From positions 1 through 24,617 of IMG/VR virus record IMGVR_UViG_3300047560_000081: a DNA stretch of 24,617 nucleotides. One strand, written 5' to 3'. The stretch is from a virus (taxonomy: Duplodnaviria > Caudoviricetes). Below are positions 24,440-24,617 of the stretch, piece by piece (the first letter of the stretch is position 1; the number at the start of each line of letters is the position of its first letter). Both the position numbers and the translations under genes were made by a program. The notes under the pieces are model-generated. The model saw only the letters and a program-made list of their open reading frames with translations. It had not been told where the DNA came from and did not search any database.

Positions 24440-24617
24440 ATGCCCCAGTACAGCGGTATGTTCACGCTGTCACAAGCGTCACAGGCCATTAAAGAGCAGA
24501 ACTGGCCCGGATCAGTCACGCCTAACGTAGAGTACCTAGTAGTTGCTGGGGGCGGTTCAGGTGGCTCTAATAACGGTGGCGGAGGCGGAGGTGCAGGTGG
24601 TTTGCTTGCTGGATTTT
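24440..24617 (+). CDS. glycine-rich domain protein, paralogue 4 (truncated by the window end)
   Basis: Manual translation: MPQYSGMFTLSQASQAIKEQNWPGSVTPNVEYLVVAGGGSGG... SD AGGAG. Open to the end of the window. Confidence 0.8.
   Translation, partial: MPQYSGMFTLSQASQAIKEQNWPGSVTPNVEYLVVAGGGSGGSNNGGGGGGAGGLLAGF

Noticed and set aside
24259-24492. 77-aa + strand ORF from the track
   Set aside because: It overlaps two better-supported genes (24084..24437 and 24440 onward) in another frame.
1-24617. Alternative genetic code, tRNA genes or lysogeny module
   Set aside because: Genes tile densely under the standard code with TAA, TGA and TAG stops. Intergenic gaps are too short or lack cloverleaf motifs. 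No integrase seen.

Overview
This 24.6-kb window is the packaging and virion-morphogenesis arm of a tailed dsDNA phage (Caudoviricetes). All credible genes are on the + strand and tightly packed. Order: promoter, small ORF, LexA-type DNA-binding-domain protein, terminase large subunit, P22-like portal, GroES-like co-chaperonin, scaffold-like protein, two head-associated proteins, major capsid protein, terminator. A second promoter then precedes a highly structured, probably doubly pseudoknotted 5' leader. After it come small virion-type genes, a GT-A glycosyltransferase and an HNH-like nuclease, a cluster of very small Lys-rich proteins with recurring Gly-Gly motifs, and head-tail connector-like genes. 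The last part is a modular fibre/adhesin region: a 20-aa-repeat protein, an S74-chaperoned fibre, an HNH-AP2 insertion and four Gly-rich paralogues, one carrying a LamG-like insert. I saw no tRNA, rRNA, CRISPR array, integrase or reverse transcriptase. The strongest candidates for undescribed biology are (1) the structured RNA at 8145-8219, (2) the GG-punctuated basic micro-protein cluster and (3) the apparent plug-and-socket fibre system. All product calls come from motif recognition by eye, not database searches.
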